Origin: the human T2T-CHM13v2.0 reference genome, Homo sapiens
Strand: one strand, 5' to 3'
Assembly: GCF_009914755.1 (NCBI RefSeq)
Contig: NC_060939.1
DNA length: 64,000 nucleotides
Shown in pieces: positions 13,930 to 27,263 of this stretch. The translations under genes and the position numbers were made by a program. Under the pieces are notes generated by a model. It had not been told where the DNA came from and made no database searches. It saw only the letters and a list, made by a program, of their open reading frames with translations. The stretch's first letter is position 1. Every line of letters begins with the position of its first letter.

Positions 13930-14090
13930 CACTAAAGTTAACTCTTACCTTGATAGGCAAAAAAAAGTTTGGGGGGGGGGCGGGAACTTAACAAGCTTCA
14001 GAAATTTGCCTAAAGTCACACAGCTATTTGATGGGAAGACTGAGCCCAACACTAAGGCTTTCTAATCCTAAGTGTAGTATCTTCCCTCTG
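13930..14090 (-). mobile_element. MIR fragment with poly-G run (13971-13984)
   Basis: TTTGCCTAAAGTCACACAGCTA...GACTGAGCCCA. Confidence 0.55.
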
Positions 14091-14379
14091 CACAGTAAAT
14101 CATGGCAGCTCTCTTCGGACCTTCAACCTCCTGTTTATATGCCTATTTCCTGCAATAAACTGATTTCTCCCCTGCTGAATGACAGGTTATATGCTGAGCC
14201 CTGTGGTAAGACACCAGTGACCAAGACTTGCTCTCTATTTGTCTTGTAAGAAAAGGCAAACACAAATAATGGATTCATTTTCTTCTGTGCATTATTTGTT
14301 GTGTATGAGAGAATGTGTGATTAGAGGTATATATGTATGTATGTGTGTCTGCATATGTGTGTGTTCCTCCTCAGCTAAT

Positions 14380-14980
14380 TCCATCATAAAATTTGAAGTT
14401 TCGAAGTTTCATTATAGGGTATTTGGGTGGGTCTTCTACCTCTTGTTCTTTCTTTCTGGAGCTGGGGAAGCTCTTTCTGTGTAAGGCCATCTTTTCTTGG
14501 AATATTCTCTCATTGTTTCAAGTACAACCTTTCTCCATCCAATTGCATCTCTATTCCTTTTGAGCTCCTTATTAAAAGACATGGAGATTTCGTGGTATGT
14601 TTACCATGTCGCTTACATTTTCCTCTACCATTTTTGTATCTCTTTGTTCTTTTGCATTGTCTTCTAGTAGATATTCGTCAGAATGACCTTTGAGCTCACT
14701 AATTTCCATTCAGCTATGCCCTTTTGCCATTTGGCCTGTTTACTTAGTGTTTTATTTTACCTGAATAATCAAATATTAAATTTCTAAGGCATATCGATGA
14801 TTGTGTTTCTGTGGATTTACCATATTTCATATCTTTCTGATAATATTGACAATTATTTATATATCTATGTAAATGAAATTAATATAAATGAAATTAATAT
14901 AAGTGATAATATTTATATTCTTCTAAGTGATAAAAATTGTTTATATTTTCTGAGAGTCCTATTTATATAATTAGCTCTGG
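14380..14980 (-). mobile_element. Ancient L1M ORF1-region relic
   Basis: T-rich antisense L1 pattern, e.g. GCTCACTAATTTCCATTCAGCTATG. Confidence 0.5.
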
Positions 14981-15079
14981 TTTTTCATAGTTTCTTCCCT
15001 TTCCTTCCGTTCCATGATAATGCCTCTAGAGGTAATTTCCTTCTTTTACAAATCTGGAAAACAAGGAATGTGATCAAAG

Positions 15080-15740
<661 letters not shown>

Positions 15741-16241
15741 TAGGGTCTAAATTTGATCTCGAGTGATTTAACCTCTATGAGCCAAGCTCATGCTCAGTGC
15801 CTCATTGATGGTAGCTGCTCAATAAGTTTTGGTAAATAGATGAGGAAACCCTGACTGGAAAACTTTATCAGAATTTTAAAGGAAATAAATGTAAATACAT
15901 ATAAAGAACTTAGAACAATCACTAGAATATATTGAGTGCTCAATAAATGGTATCTTTTCACATTATTATTGATTTTTTTTTACTTATAATTTTTAATTAA
16001 TAGCAAAAGAGTACCCAGAGTGGCTGCTGATACATTGGCATGATTATTTTTCCCATGATTGGGAAATTTCATGATTAGTTTTACAAGAGATGACTCCATT
16101 TGGCCCAAGCACTTAATTTGTTGGAAAAGGCCATACAAAGATCAGCTATGAGATTTGAAAGGCTCTTATTCTCCAAGAAGGTAATTTTGCCCCTAGGTGA
16201 GAGCTGATAGGGAATTTTAAATAACTGGGTAAACTCAAACA

Positions 16242-16242
<1 letters not shown>

Positions 16243-16306
<64 letters not shown>

Positions 16307-16314
16307 CCACACAC
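16243..16314. repeat. Compound (TC)n(CA)n microsatellite
   Basis: Read directly. Confidence 0.95.
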
Positions 16315-16580
16315 AGAGCTAGATAGCGTTTCCTGATGGAAAAACATACCACCACTTATGAGATATTTTTGCCAAATGATTGAACCTGAAGCTGATCCAC
16401 CTCTGATCCAACAGCCTGTTAGGAAGAAATGCAGGCATGACAGAACAAAGACGAAATTAGCAAAATTCAGAAAGTGAGAAATTTTACAGAAAAACAAATA
16501 TATGAGGTTTGTCAAAAAGTGAATTACAAGGGAAAAATACATAGAGTGGAAATATACAGATCAAAAGAGACTGTACAGCT

Positions 16581-16879
16581 CCCCACTCGTCCCTCTAGCC
16601 CCTGAAGACCACCATTCCACGCTACTTCTATGTGTTTGACTGTGTTATACACTTTCAATAACTGGTATCATGCAGTATTTGTCCCTTTGTGATCGGCTTA
16701 TTTTACTTCCTTCCTCAAGGTTCCTCGATGTTGTTGCATGATTATACAAGATTAATACATTCTAGAAATTTGATATACAACATTGGATCTATCATTAACA
16801 ATACTATATCGTGCACTTAAAAAAATTTTAAGAGGGTAGATTTCATATTAAGTGTTCTTGTTCCAGCTGAAAAAAAAAA
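16581..16879 (+). mobile_element. Short 5'-inverted L1MA9/L1MB-like insertion (antisense ~16581-16742, sense ~16745-16879)
   Basis: Antisense ATCATGCAGTATTTGTC..GGCTTATTTTACTT, then sense AACAATACTATATCGTGCACTTAAAA..AAGAGGGTAGATTTCATATTAAGTGTTCTT and A tail; TSD AGAGACTGTACAGCT (16566-16580) vs AGAGACTTTATAGCT (17201-17215). Confidence 0.75.
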
Positions 16880-16886
16880 GATAGAG

Positions 16887-17193
16887 TTTTTTGTTTGTTT
16901 GTTTTTGTTTTTTCTGAGATGGAGACTTGCTCTGTCACCCAGGCTCGAGTGAAATGGCATGATCTTGGCTCACTGCAACCTCTGCTTCTGGGTGCAAGCG
17001 ATTCTCCTGCCTCAGCCTCCCGAGTAGCTGGGATTACAGGTGCCTGCCACCACCACGCCTAGCTATTTTTTATATTTTTATTTTTAGTTTCACCATGTTT
17101 GTCAGGCTGGTCTCAAACTCCTGACCTCAGGTGATCTATCAGCCTCGGCCTCCCAAAGTGCTGGAATTACAGGCATGAGCCACCACACCCAGC
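16887..17193 (-). mobile_element. Alu (AluS) inserted at the tail of the inverted L1
   Basis: Antisense Alu; TSD AAGATAGAG (16878-16886) / AAGAGAGAG (17194-17202). Confidence 0.93.
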
Positions 17194-20159
17194 AAGAGAG
17201 AGAGACTTTATAGCTGTATACCTTTTGGGGAAATACTATTTGAGTCAGCCAACTTTTACGAAGTATAAAATCAAGAAAATATGAACAATAACAGGTATTT
17301 GAGAATGGGAAGAAATTACTACTGATTTCCTTAAGTGCTGTAATAGTATTGTGTTTATATTTTTAAAGATCTTTGTCTTTTAGAAATGTATACTGAATTT
17401 GCTGGAGGGAGGTGGTATAGCTGAAGAGAAGCCTTCAGCAATTATCCTGCCGCAGGAACACCAAATTGAACCACTATCCATACAAAAAAAGTACCTTCAT
17501 AAGAACCAAAAAAATCAAGTAAGCAATCACAATATCTGATTTTAACGTCATATTAAGGAAAGAGGCACTGAAGAGGGTAGGAAAGGTAGTCTTGAATCAC
17601 TACAGCATTTCTCCTTCATCCCCCAGCAGGGACCATGGGGTGCAGAGAGACAACTTGTGCTCTTGGAGGAAGGAAAGTGCAGTGATTGTGGGACTTTGCA
17701 TTGGAATTAAGCACTGCTTTGTCACAGCAGAAAGCAATATAGGGCAGAATTCAACCTGAGCCCATGGAGAGAGTGTTTAAACCAGCCCTAGCAAGAGGCA
17801 AATCATCCATCCTAGGTTGGAACCTGAGTTTGAATAAGCCCTGACTGACACTGTGGGTTAAAGTGGTCTGGGGTCATAAACTTGAAAGGCAGTCTAGGCT
17901 ACAAGGACTTTAATTCCTGGGCAAGTTCTGGTGCTGTGCTGGGCTCAGGGCCAGTGGACATGGAGTGCACTGACCTACTGAGAGACACGAGCCAGGGCAA
18001 CAAAGGGAGGGCTTGTGTCACCCCTCCGCCAAGCCCAGGCAGTGCAGCTCGCAGGTCCAGGAGAGACTCCTTCCTTCCACTTGAAGAGAGGAGAGGGAAG
18101 AATAAAGGGGACTTTGTCTTGCAACTTGGATACCCGCTCAGCCACAGTAGAACAGGTTACCAGGCAGAGTCCTGAGGCCCCCATTCAAGGCCCTAGCTGA
18201 ACATTTCTAAACATACCGTGGGCCAGAAGGGAACCTACTGCCTTGAAGAGAAGAACCCAATCCTGGCAGAATTTATCATCTGCTGATTAAGGAGCAATTT
18301 GAGCCCTAAAAAATCAGCAGTGGTAGCCAGGCAGTACTTGACATGGAAATTGGGTGAGACTCAGAGCTGTGCTGGCTTCAGGTATAACCCAGAACACTCC
18401 CAGCTATGATGGCTAGAGGGGAAGACACCTTCTGTTTGAGGAAAAGAGAGGAAAGAGTAAAGGGAAATTTGTCTTGCAGCTTGAGTACCAACTTGACTAC
18501 AGTGGAGTAGAACACCAAGTGGGCTCCTGGAGTCCTAGATTCCAGGCCTTAGCTCCTGGATAGCATTTCTGGACTTTCTCTGGGCCAGAGAGGAGCTCAC
18601 TTCCCTGAAAAGAGAGACTCAGGACTGGCAACATTCACCACAAGCCAACTGAAGAGCCCTTGGACCTTCTGTGAACATCGATGATAGCCAGGCAGTACTT
18701 GCCATGGGCCTAAGGCAGTGGTGGCCACCGAGAGACTCCTCTGCTTGAAGAAAGGGAAGGGAAGACTGGGAAGGACTTTGTATTGCAGCTTTGGTACCAG
18801 CCAGATGCAGTACAATAGACCACCAGGTAGATTCCTAAGTTTCTCGACTCCAGGTCTTGGTTCCTGGATGGCATCCCTGGATGCACCTGGGGCTGGGAGG
18901 AACTCTCCACCATGAAAGGAAGAACACAAGCCTGGCTGGATTTGTCACCTGCTGATTGTAAAGCCCTTGGGCCTTGAGTGAATATAGGTGGTATTAAGGT
19001 GGTTGTTACTGTGTGTCTTGGGTGAGACCCAGTGCTGTGCTAGCTTTGGGTCTGACCCAGTACAGTCCCAGTGGTTGTGGCCACAGGGGTGCTTGTATCA
19101 CTCCTCCCCCTGCTCTAGGTAGCTCAGCACAGAGACAGTCTCCATTTGTTTGGGGGAAAGTAAGGAAAGAGATCAAGAAGCTCCATCAGGTAATTCCTCT
19201 GGAATTCTTCTGGATCTTATAGAAGACCAACAAGATGATACCTCTGTGAGTCTGCAAGAGCCACAGCATTACTCACCTTGGGGTGCCCCCTAAAGCAGAT
19301 ATGGCTGTGGTGACAAAAGACAATGTCGAAGTCCTTTCAAATACCTGGAAAGCCTTCCTAAAAAGGACAGGTATCATTGCTGCTTGCAACAAATACCTAA
19401 CGCTTCAATGCCTAGACATCCACGAGCGTTATGACCACCCAGAAAAACATGACTTCACCAAACAATCTAAATAAGACACCTGTGACCAATCCTCAAGAGA
19501 CAGAGACATGCGAACTTTCAGACAGAATTCAAAATAGCTGTTTTGAGGAAGCTCAATGAAATATAAGGTGATGCAGAGAAGAAATTCAGAATTCTATCAG
19601 ATACATTTAACAAAAAGGTTGAAATAATAAAAAAGAATCAAGAAGAAATTCTGGAACTAAAAAATGCAATTGACATACTGAAGAATGCATCAGAGTCTCT
19701 TAATATCAGAATTGATCAAACAGAAGAAAATTAGTGGGCTTGAAGACAGTCTATTTGAAAATACACAGTAAGAGGAGGCAAAAGAAAAAACAATAAAAAA
19801 ATGAAGCATGTCTACAAGTTCTAGAAAAGAGCCTCAGAAGGGCAAATCTAAGAGTTATTGGCCTTAAAGAGGAGGTATAAACAGATCATAGTAGAAAGTT
19901 CATTCAAATGGATAATAATGGAGAACTTTCCAAACCTAGAGAAAGATATCAATACTCAAGTAGAAGAAGGTTGTAAAACACCAAACAGATTTAACCCAAA
20001 TAAGAGTACTTCAAAACATTTAACACTCAGACTCCCAAAGGTCAAGTTTAAAGAAAAGATCCAAAAAGCAGAAAGAGAAAAGAAACAAACAACATACAGT
20101 GGAGCTCAAATACAACTAGCATCAGATTTTTCAGTGGAAACCTTACAGACCAGGAAAGA

Positions 20160-20367
20160 GTTGTTACTGTGTGCCTTAGGTGAGACCCAGTGCTGTGCTA
20201 GCTTTGGGTCTGACCCAGCACAGTCCTGGTGGTGGTGGCCACTGGGGTGCTTGTATCACTCCTCCCCCGGCTCCAGGTAGCTCAGGAGAGAGAGAGAGTC
20301 TCCGTTTGTTTTGGGGAAAGTAACGAAAGAGATCAAGAGGCTCCATCAGGTAATTCTTCTGTAATTC
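20160..20367 (+). repeat. ~208-bp copy of L1 5'UTR segment 19002-19207 inserted in ORF1
   Basis: GTTGTTACTGTGTG...CTCCATCAGGTAATTC occurs at both positions. Confidence 0.92.
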
Positions 20368-22247
20368 CGGCATGACATATTTAAGGGCTGAAGAAGAAAA
20401 ACTTATATTCTAGAATAGTATATCTAGTGAAGATATTCTTCAAACATGGAGCTTTACAGACAAACAAAAGCTGAGCAATTTCATCAGCACCAGACCTGTG
20501 CTATAACAAATGCTAAAGAGAGTTCTTCAATCTGATAGAAATGGAAGTAAATGATCATCTGAAGGTACAAAACTCACTGGTAATAGTAAATACACAGAAA
20601 AACACAGAATATTATAAAACCGTACCTGTGGTGTGTAAACTATTCATATCTTGAGTAGAAAGACTAAAATATAAAATTATCAAAAATAATAACAATGGCA
20701 ACTAATAAAGCTATTGTATAACATATGAATAGAAACAACAAAAATTTAAAAAGTGGGTGGATAAAGTTAAAGTGTACAGTTGTTGTTAGTTTTCTCTTGG
20801 TTTCTTTGTTGGTTGGTTTGTTTATACAATGTGTTAAGTTGTAATCAGTTTAAAATAATAAGTTATGTGATATTATTTTCAAGCCTCATGGCAATCTGAA
20901 AAAAAATACAATAGATACACAAAAAATAAAAAAGAAATTAAAACTTACCACCTGAGAAAATCACCTTCACTGAAAGAAAGACAGAAAGGAAGAAAATAAG
21001 GAAAAGAAGGCCACAAAACACCAGAAAACAGATAACAAAATGGCAGGGTAAGGCCTTACTTATCAATACTGACATGGAGTGTAAATGAACTAAACTCTGC
21101 AATCAAAAGACAGAGTGGCAGAATGGATGAAAAACAAAACAAAACAAAATAAGACACAATGATCCTGTTGCTTACAAGAAACACACTTAACCTATAAAGA
21201 CACACACAAAGTAAAAATAAAAGAATGGAAAAAGATATTCCTTGCAAGTGGAAACCAGAAGAGAGCAGGAAGCTGTACTTACATCAAACAAAATAGATTT
21301 CAAGACAAAAACTATAAAAAGAGAAACAGAAGGTTATTATATAATGATAAAGGGGTCAATTCAGCAAGGAAATATAACAAATGTAAATACAAATATAGCC
21401 AACACTGGAACACCCAGATATATATATCTATATATAAATAAAGCAAATAATATTAGAGCTAAAGAGAGAGATCAACCACAATACAATAATAGCGGAAGAC
21501 TCCAACACCTCACTTTCAGCACTGGACAGATCATCTAAACAAAATATCAACAAAGAAACATTGGACTTAATCTGCACTATAGACCAAATGGACTTAATAG
21601 CTATTTACAGAAGAATTCCTCTAACAGCTGTAGAATACGCATTCTTTCTCTTCGGCACATAGGTCATTTTCAAGGATAGAACATATGTGAGGACGAAAAA
21701 TCAAGTCTTAGAATATTCAAAAGAATTGAAATAATAAGTATCTTCTCTGACAATAATGAAATAAAACTAAAAATCAATGATTGGAGGAATTTGGGAAACT
21801 ATACAAATACATGAAAATTAAACAATATGCTTCTGAATGACCAGTGGGTCAATGAAGAGATTAAGAAGAAAATTAAAAATTTTCTTGAAACAAACAACAA
21901 TGAAAACAAAATATAGAAATCCTATGGGATACAGTGAATGCAGTACTAAAAGGAAAGTTTATAGTCATAAGTGCCTAAATCAAAAAATGGAAAAACTTCA
22001 AATAAGCCATGAAACGATGCATCTTAAAAAAGTAAAAAAGTAATATCAATCTAAAGTCAAAGTTAGTAGAATAAAATGAGATCAGAGTAGAAGTAAATGG
22101 AATTGAAATGAAAATAATACAAAAGATCAATGAAACAAAAAGCTGCATTAAAAAAAAAAAACCTGACAAACCGTTAGCCAGACTAAGAAAAAAAAACAAA
22201 GAAGACTAGATAGCCAAAATCAGAGATGAAAAAGGAGACATAATTGA

Positions 22248-22540
22248 GGTCGGGTGCGGTGGCTCACGCCTGTAATCCCAGCACTTTGGGAGGCCGAGGC
22301 TGGTGGATCACCAGGTCAGGTGATCGAGACCATCTTGGCTAACACGGTGAAACCCCATCTCTACTAAAAATACAAAAAATTAGCCGGGCGTGGTGGTGGG
22401 TGCCTGTAGTCCCAGCGACTCGGGAGGCTGAGGCAGGAGAATGGCGTGAACCTGGGAGGAGGAGTTTTCAGTGAGCCAAGATGGTGCCACTGCACTCCAG
22501 CCTGGGCGACAGAGCGAGACTCTGTCTCAAATAAAAAAAA
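22248..22540 (+). mobile_element. AluY inserted in L1 ORF2
   Basis: Y diagnostics GATCGAGACCATC, GGCTAACACGGTG, GAATGGCGTGAACC; shared flank AGGAGACAT on both sides. Confidence 0.95.
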
Positions 22541-24499
22541 GAGGAGACATTACAACCAATACCTAAGAAATTCAAAGGATCATTAGAGACTACACTGAGC
22601 AACTAAATGTCAATACATTGGGAAACCTAGAAGAAATACATAAATTCCTAGACACATACAACCTACCCAGATTGAACCATAAAGAAATCCAAAACCTGAA
22701 TAGACCAATAGCAAGTAAAGAGACAGAAGCCATAATAAAAAGGTTCCCAGCAAATAAAAGCCCAGGACCCAATGGCTTCACTGCAAAATTTTACTGAACA
22801 TTTAAAGAGGAAGAAATAGCAATCCTACTCAGACTATTCCAAAAAATAGAGGAGGGAATATTTCCAAACTCATTCTATGTCTCCAGTATTATCTTTGCAC
22901 TATAACCAGACCAAAGCACATCAATAAACTACAGGCCAATATCTCAGATGAACAGTGATGCAAAAAATCCTCAATAAAATACTAGGAAACTGAATTCAAC
23001 AACACTGAAAAGATCATTCAACTTGAGCAACTGGTATTTGTCCCAGGGATGCAAGAATGTTTCAACATACACAAATCAATCAATGTGATACATTATATCA
23101 ACAGAATGAAAGACAAAATCCATATGATCATTTCAATTAATGTTGAAAACTCATTTGATAAAATTCAACATCTTTTCGTGATTAAAAATCCTCAAAAAGA
23201 AAACGGGAAGAAACATACCTCAACACAATAAAAACCATATATGACAGACCCACAGCTAGTATCATTGAATGGAGGAAAACTGAATAACTTTCTTCTCAGA
23301 TGCAGAACACGTCAAGGCTGCCCACTTTCACCACCATTATTCAATAGAATACTAGAAGTCCTAACCAGAGGAGTCAGACAAGAGAAAGAAATAAAGGGCA
23401 TCCAAATTGGAAAGGAATAAGACAAATTATTCTTGTCTGCAGATGATCTGATCTTATTTTGGGAAAAACCTAAAAACTCCACCAAAAAACTATTAGAATT
23501 GATAAATGAATTCAGTGAAGTTAAAGCATACAAAATCAACATACAAAAATCAGTAGCATTTCTATCTGCCAACAGCAAACAATCTGAAAAAGAAGGCAAG
23601 AAAGTAATCTCATTTACAATATTGCAAATAAAATAAATTCCTAGGAATAAACTTAACCTAAGAAGTTAAAAATTTCTACAATTAAAACTATGAAACATGG
23701 ATGCAAAAAAAATTGATGAGGACACAAAAATGAAAAGATATTCTATGTCCATTATTGGAAGAATCAATGTTGTTAAAATGTTCATAGTACCCAGAGCAAT
23801 TTACACATTCAGTGCTATCTCTATCAAAATACCAATGACGTTCTTCACAGAAATAGAGAAAACAATTCTAAAATTCATATGGAATCATAAAAATATCCAG
23901 AATGGACTAAGCCATCCTGAGAAAAAGTAACAAACTGAAAGTATCACATTATTTGACATCAAATTATACTACAAAGTTATATTAATCAGAACAGCATGGT
24001 ACTGGCATGAAAACAGAAACACAGAACAATGGAACAGAACAGAGAACCCAGAAATAAATCCCTATATCTAAAATGAACTCTCTTTTGACAAAGGTGCTTA
24101 TAACATATGTTGGGGAAAAGGAAGTCTTTTCAATAAATGAGGCTGTGAAAACAAGATATTCATATACAGAACAATGAAATGAGACCCCTATCTCTCACCA
24201 CATACAAAAATCAAAGCAAAATGGATTAAATATTAAATCTAAGACCTCAAACTAGGAAATTATTGCAAGAAAACATTGGGAAACTCTCCAGGACATTGGT
24301 CTGGGCAAAGATTTCTTGAATAATTCCCCACAAGCACAGGCAACCAAAGCAAAAATGCAACTGTAGTATCACTTCAAGTAAAAGGTTTCTGCACAGCAAA
24401 GGAAACAACAAACCCAAGAGACAACCCACAGAATGGGAGAAAATATTTGCCAACTATTTATCTAACAAGGAATTAATAACCAGAATATAACTATAATTG

Positions 24500-24754
24500 C
24501 TCTTTCTCTTCCTTCCTTTCTTTTTTCTTTCCTTCTCCTTCCTTCCTTTTTTTTCTTTCCTTCTCCTTCCTTCCTTCCTTTCTCTCTCTCTTTCTTTCTT
24601 CCTTTCCTCTTCCTTCCTTCCTTCTTTCCTCCCTCCCTCCCTTCCTTCTTTCCTTTCTTCCTTCCTTCCTTTTCCTTTCTTTCTCTTCTCGTCTTCTCTC
24701 CTCTTCTCTTCTCCTCTCCTCTCCTCTCCTCTCCCCTCCTCTTTTTCTTTTTTT
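24500..24754. repeat. 255-bp polypyrimidine tract (CTTC/CTTT/CTCCT units), expanded Alu tail
   Basis: Only one purine (G24691) on the + strand. Confidence 0.95.
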
Positions 24755-25040
24755 GAGACATGGTCTCCCCTTATCTTCCAGGTTGGAGTTCAGTGGCATG
24801 ATCATAGGTCACTGTACCCTGGAACTCCTGGGCTCAAGCAATCTTTGCACCTCAGCCTCCCCTGTAGGTGCAAGTACAGGCACACCCCACAAAGCCTAAC
24901 TAATTTTTAAAATTTTTTTATAGAGATGGGAGGTCTCACTATATTTTCCAGGCTTGTCTTGAACTTCTGGCCTCAAGTAATCCTCCTGCCTTGGCCTCCC
25001 AAAGTGCTGGGATTACAGCCATGAGCCACCATACTTGTCC
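24745..25040 (-). mobile_element. Alu (AluJ)
   Basis: J features ATCATAGGTCACTG, GGGCTCAAGCAATC, GGTCTCACTATAT, GGCCTCAAGTAATCCTCC. Confidence 0.92.
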
Positions 25041-25329
25041 TCTATTTCTGTTATTTCCAAATTCACTCTACTGCTTTGAAAGAGAATAGGACAAAATAAA
25101 GTTTATAAATGAAATATATGTATATTACATAATATATATAATTTTCAAATATATACATATATTTGAAAGGTACAAAATATAATAGAGGAGTTTTGCTGAA
25201 AAACATCTATTTACCTCTAGTTAGTACAGGGATATTTTAAGTGATCATTATTCTTAATGATCATATACTTCCCAGGCAAGGATGGCAGTAAATACATGGA
25301 AGACATAGAGCTATAAAACTAAAGATATA

Positions 25330-25649
<320 letters not shown>

Positions 25650-25688
25650 TTATGAAGAAATAAAACAACAGTGTAGTGGAAAGAAAGC

Positions 25689-25795
25689 TGTATTAGTCAG
25701 GAGAAGGTATAGGTTATTCTTCAGAAACCCACAATCCCTAAAATGTGCTTTACCACAACAAAGGTTTATTTCTCACTCACAGACCACAGCATGAT
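25689..25795 (-). mobile_element. MLT1 (MaLR) LTR fragment
   Basis: TGTATTAGTCAGG..AGGTTAT..ACAACAAAGGTTTATTTCTCACTCAC. Confidence 0.6.
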
Positions 25796-25859
25796 CAGGA
25801 AACCTAAGTTCTAGCCCCCAAAACATCAATAAGCCATTTGTCCATAAAATACTCATAAG

Positions 25860-25991
25860 AGCTGGGCGTGGTGGCACATGCTTGTAATCTCAGCTACTCA
25901 GGAGGCTAAAGCAGGAGGATTGTGTATACCCAGGAGATTAAGACCAGCGTGAGCAACATAGTGAGACCCCATCTCAAAAAAAAAAAAAAAA
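25860..25991 (+). mobile_element. Free Alu monomer (FLAM_A-like)
   Basis: ~130-bp monomer: CAGCTACTCAGGAGG..GGAGGATTG..AGACCAGC..CAACATAGTGAGACCCCATCTC plus poly-A. Confidence 0.9.
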
Positions 25992-26964
25992 GCTTATGGG
26001 CACAAGATTTGTTCTGAGGATACAGTTATATTTGGTCTTCAAGAGCCTTGAAACAGAAAGAAAACTTTAAAATGCATAGGAGGTATTTTTAAATGGCTGG
26101 AAGAAAGGCTGAGAAACCCAGAGTAATATCAATGGCTGTGATGACAAAGACGGGGCAGATGGTGTAGGATGAGCTTTTGCAGTCTCTTCTCTAATCTCTC
26201 AAAATAGGTGTGTTTATTACATGCAAGACCACAAGGTATAGAAAGAAACATAAGATATAATTCCTGTTCTCAATGAGAAGACAACCTGGTCGCAAAAAGA
26301 TAGCAAGTGTAGAATATATTATGCTATTTTTCCTATTAGTTTATTTGAAGTTTTAGCTTATTTGATTTGTTCAGCTAAAGGATAGAATAGACCAGGTCAC
26401 ATATATTGCAACCAAAATATTTCAGTAGCATCCTCAAGACTAGGAAGAGATTCACATCACTGTGGAATATGCAGGAAATATCCCTGCAGATTTTAAAATA
26501 TATTGTCGGATAAAACTATGCCAGGTCAAAGGAATAAGTCTCTCCATTCATGAAGGTAGCAATTTTCTACTTAGGATTTTACAGGTCTAGATGAGGAGGC
26601 AAAGGCTTGAAGATGGGAGAAAATTCCTATACCCTCCATTTCAAAGACTCTGAAAGGCTGGGTAATAAGAAGATACTCATTGAATGGGTTCATTCATTCA
26701 GCAAAGACCCTTCCAATACTTCTTGTATGCCAGACTTGATGCCAGGAGCTGGATCTGTGGGGTTTAGCTCTTGAATTTAGTCTGTTCTCTGAGTGGTTCA
26801 TTACTGCAGGGTGGCCCTGTGTGCATGAAGTGACAACTCTCCATCCATTGCATGCTGGGAGACTTTACTTTTGTTACCTAGGATCTGCTCAGTTATACTG
26901 GGGAAACTGAAGAAACATAGCTGATTCAGTTAGTCACAAAATGCCAACAAGATTCTTAACTCTA

Positions 26965-27263
<299 letters not shown>

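Larger units (their letters stand above)
16050..17400 (+). mobile_element. Old L1ME-type 3' end hosting a compound microsatellite, an inverted L1 and an Alu
   Basis: CACCACTTATGAGATATTTTTGCCAAA..TGAACCTGAA..CTGATC; resumes after 17215 with AATAGTATTGTG..TTTTAGAAATGTATACTGAA. Confidence 0.6.
17404..24490 (+). mobile_element. Long L1MA1-3-like LINE-1: repetitive 5'UTR, disrupted ORF1 (~19450-20560) and ORF2 (~21040-24490), 3' end missing
   Basis: L1M1-type 5' end (AACACCAAATTGAACCACTATCCA..ACCTTCATAAGAACCAAAA); ORF1 peptides ENFPNLEKD and LASDFSVETLQ; ORF2 peptides [25 protein letters not shown]; many stops and frameshifts. Confidence 0.92.

Noticed and set aside
19858-23930. Several 60-140-aa ORFs with L1 ORF1/ORF2 peptides
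   Set aside because: Decayed L1MA frames; the 140-aa ORF is a chimera created by the 5'UTR insertion.
24462-24910. Long K/E/R/G-rich and S/F/L/P-rich ORFs
   Set aside because: Artefact of the stop-free polypyrimidine tract plus Alu.
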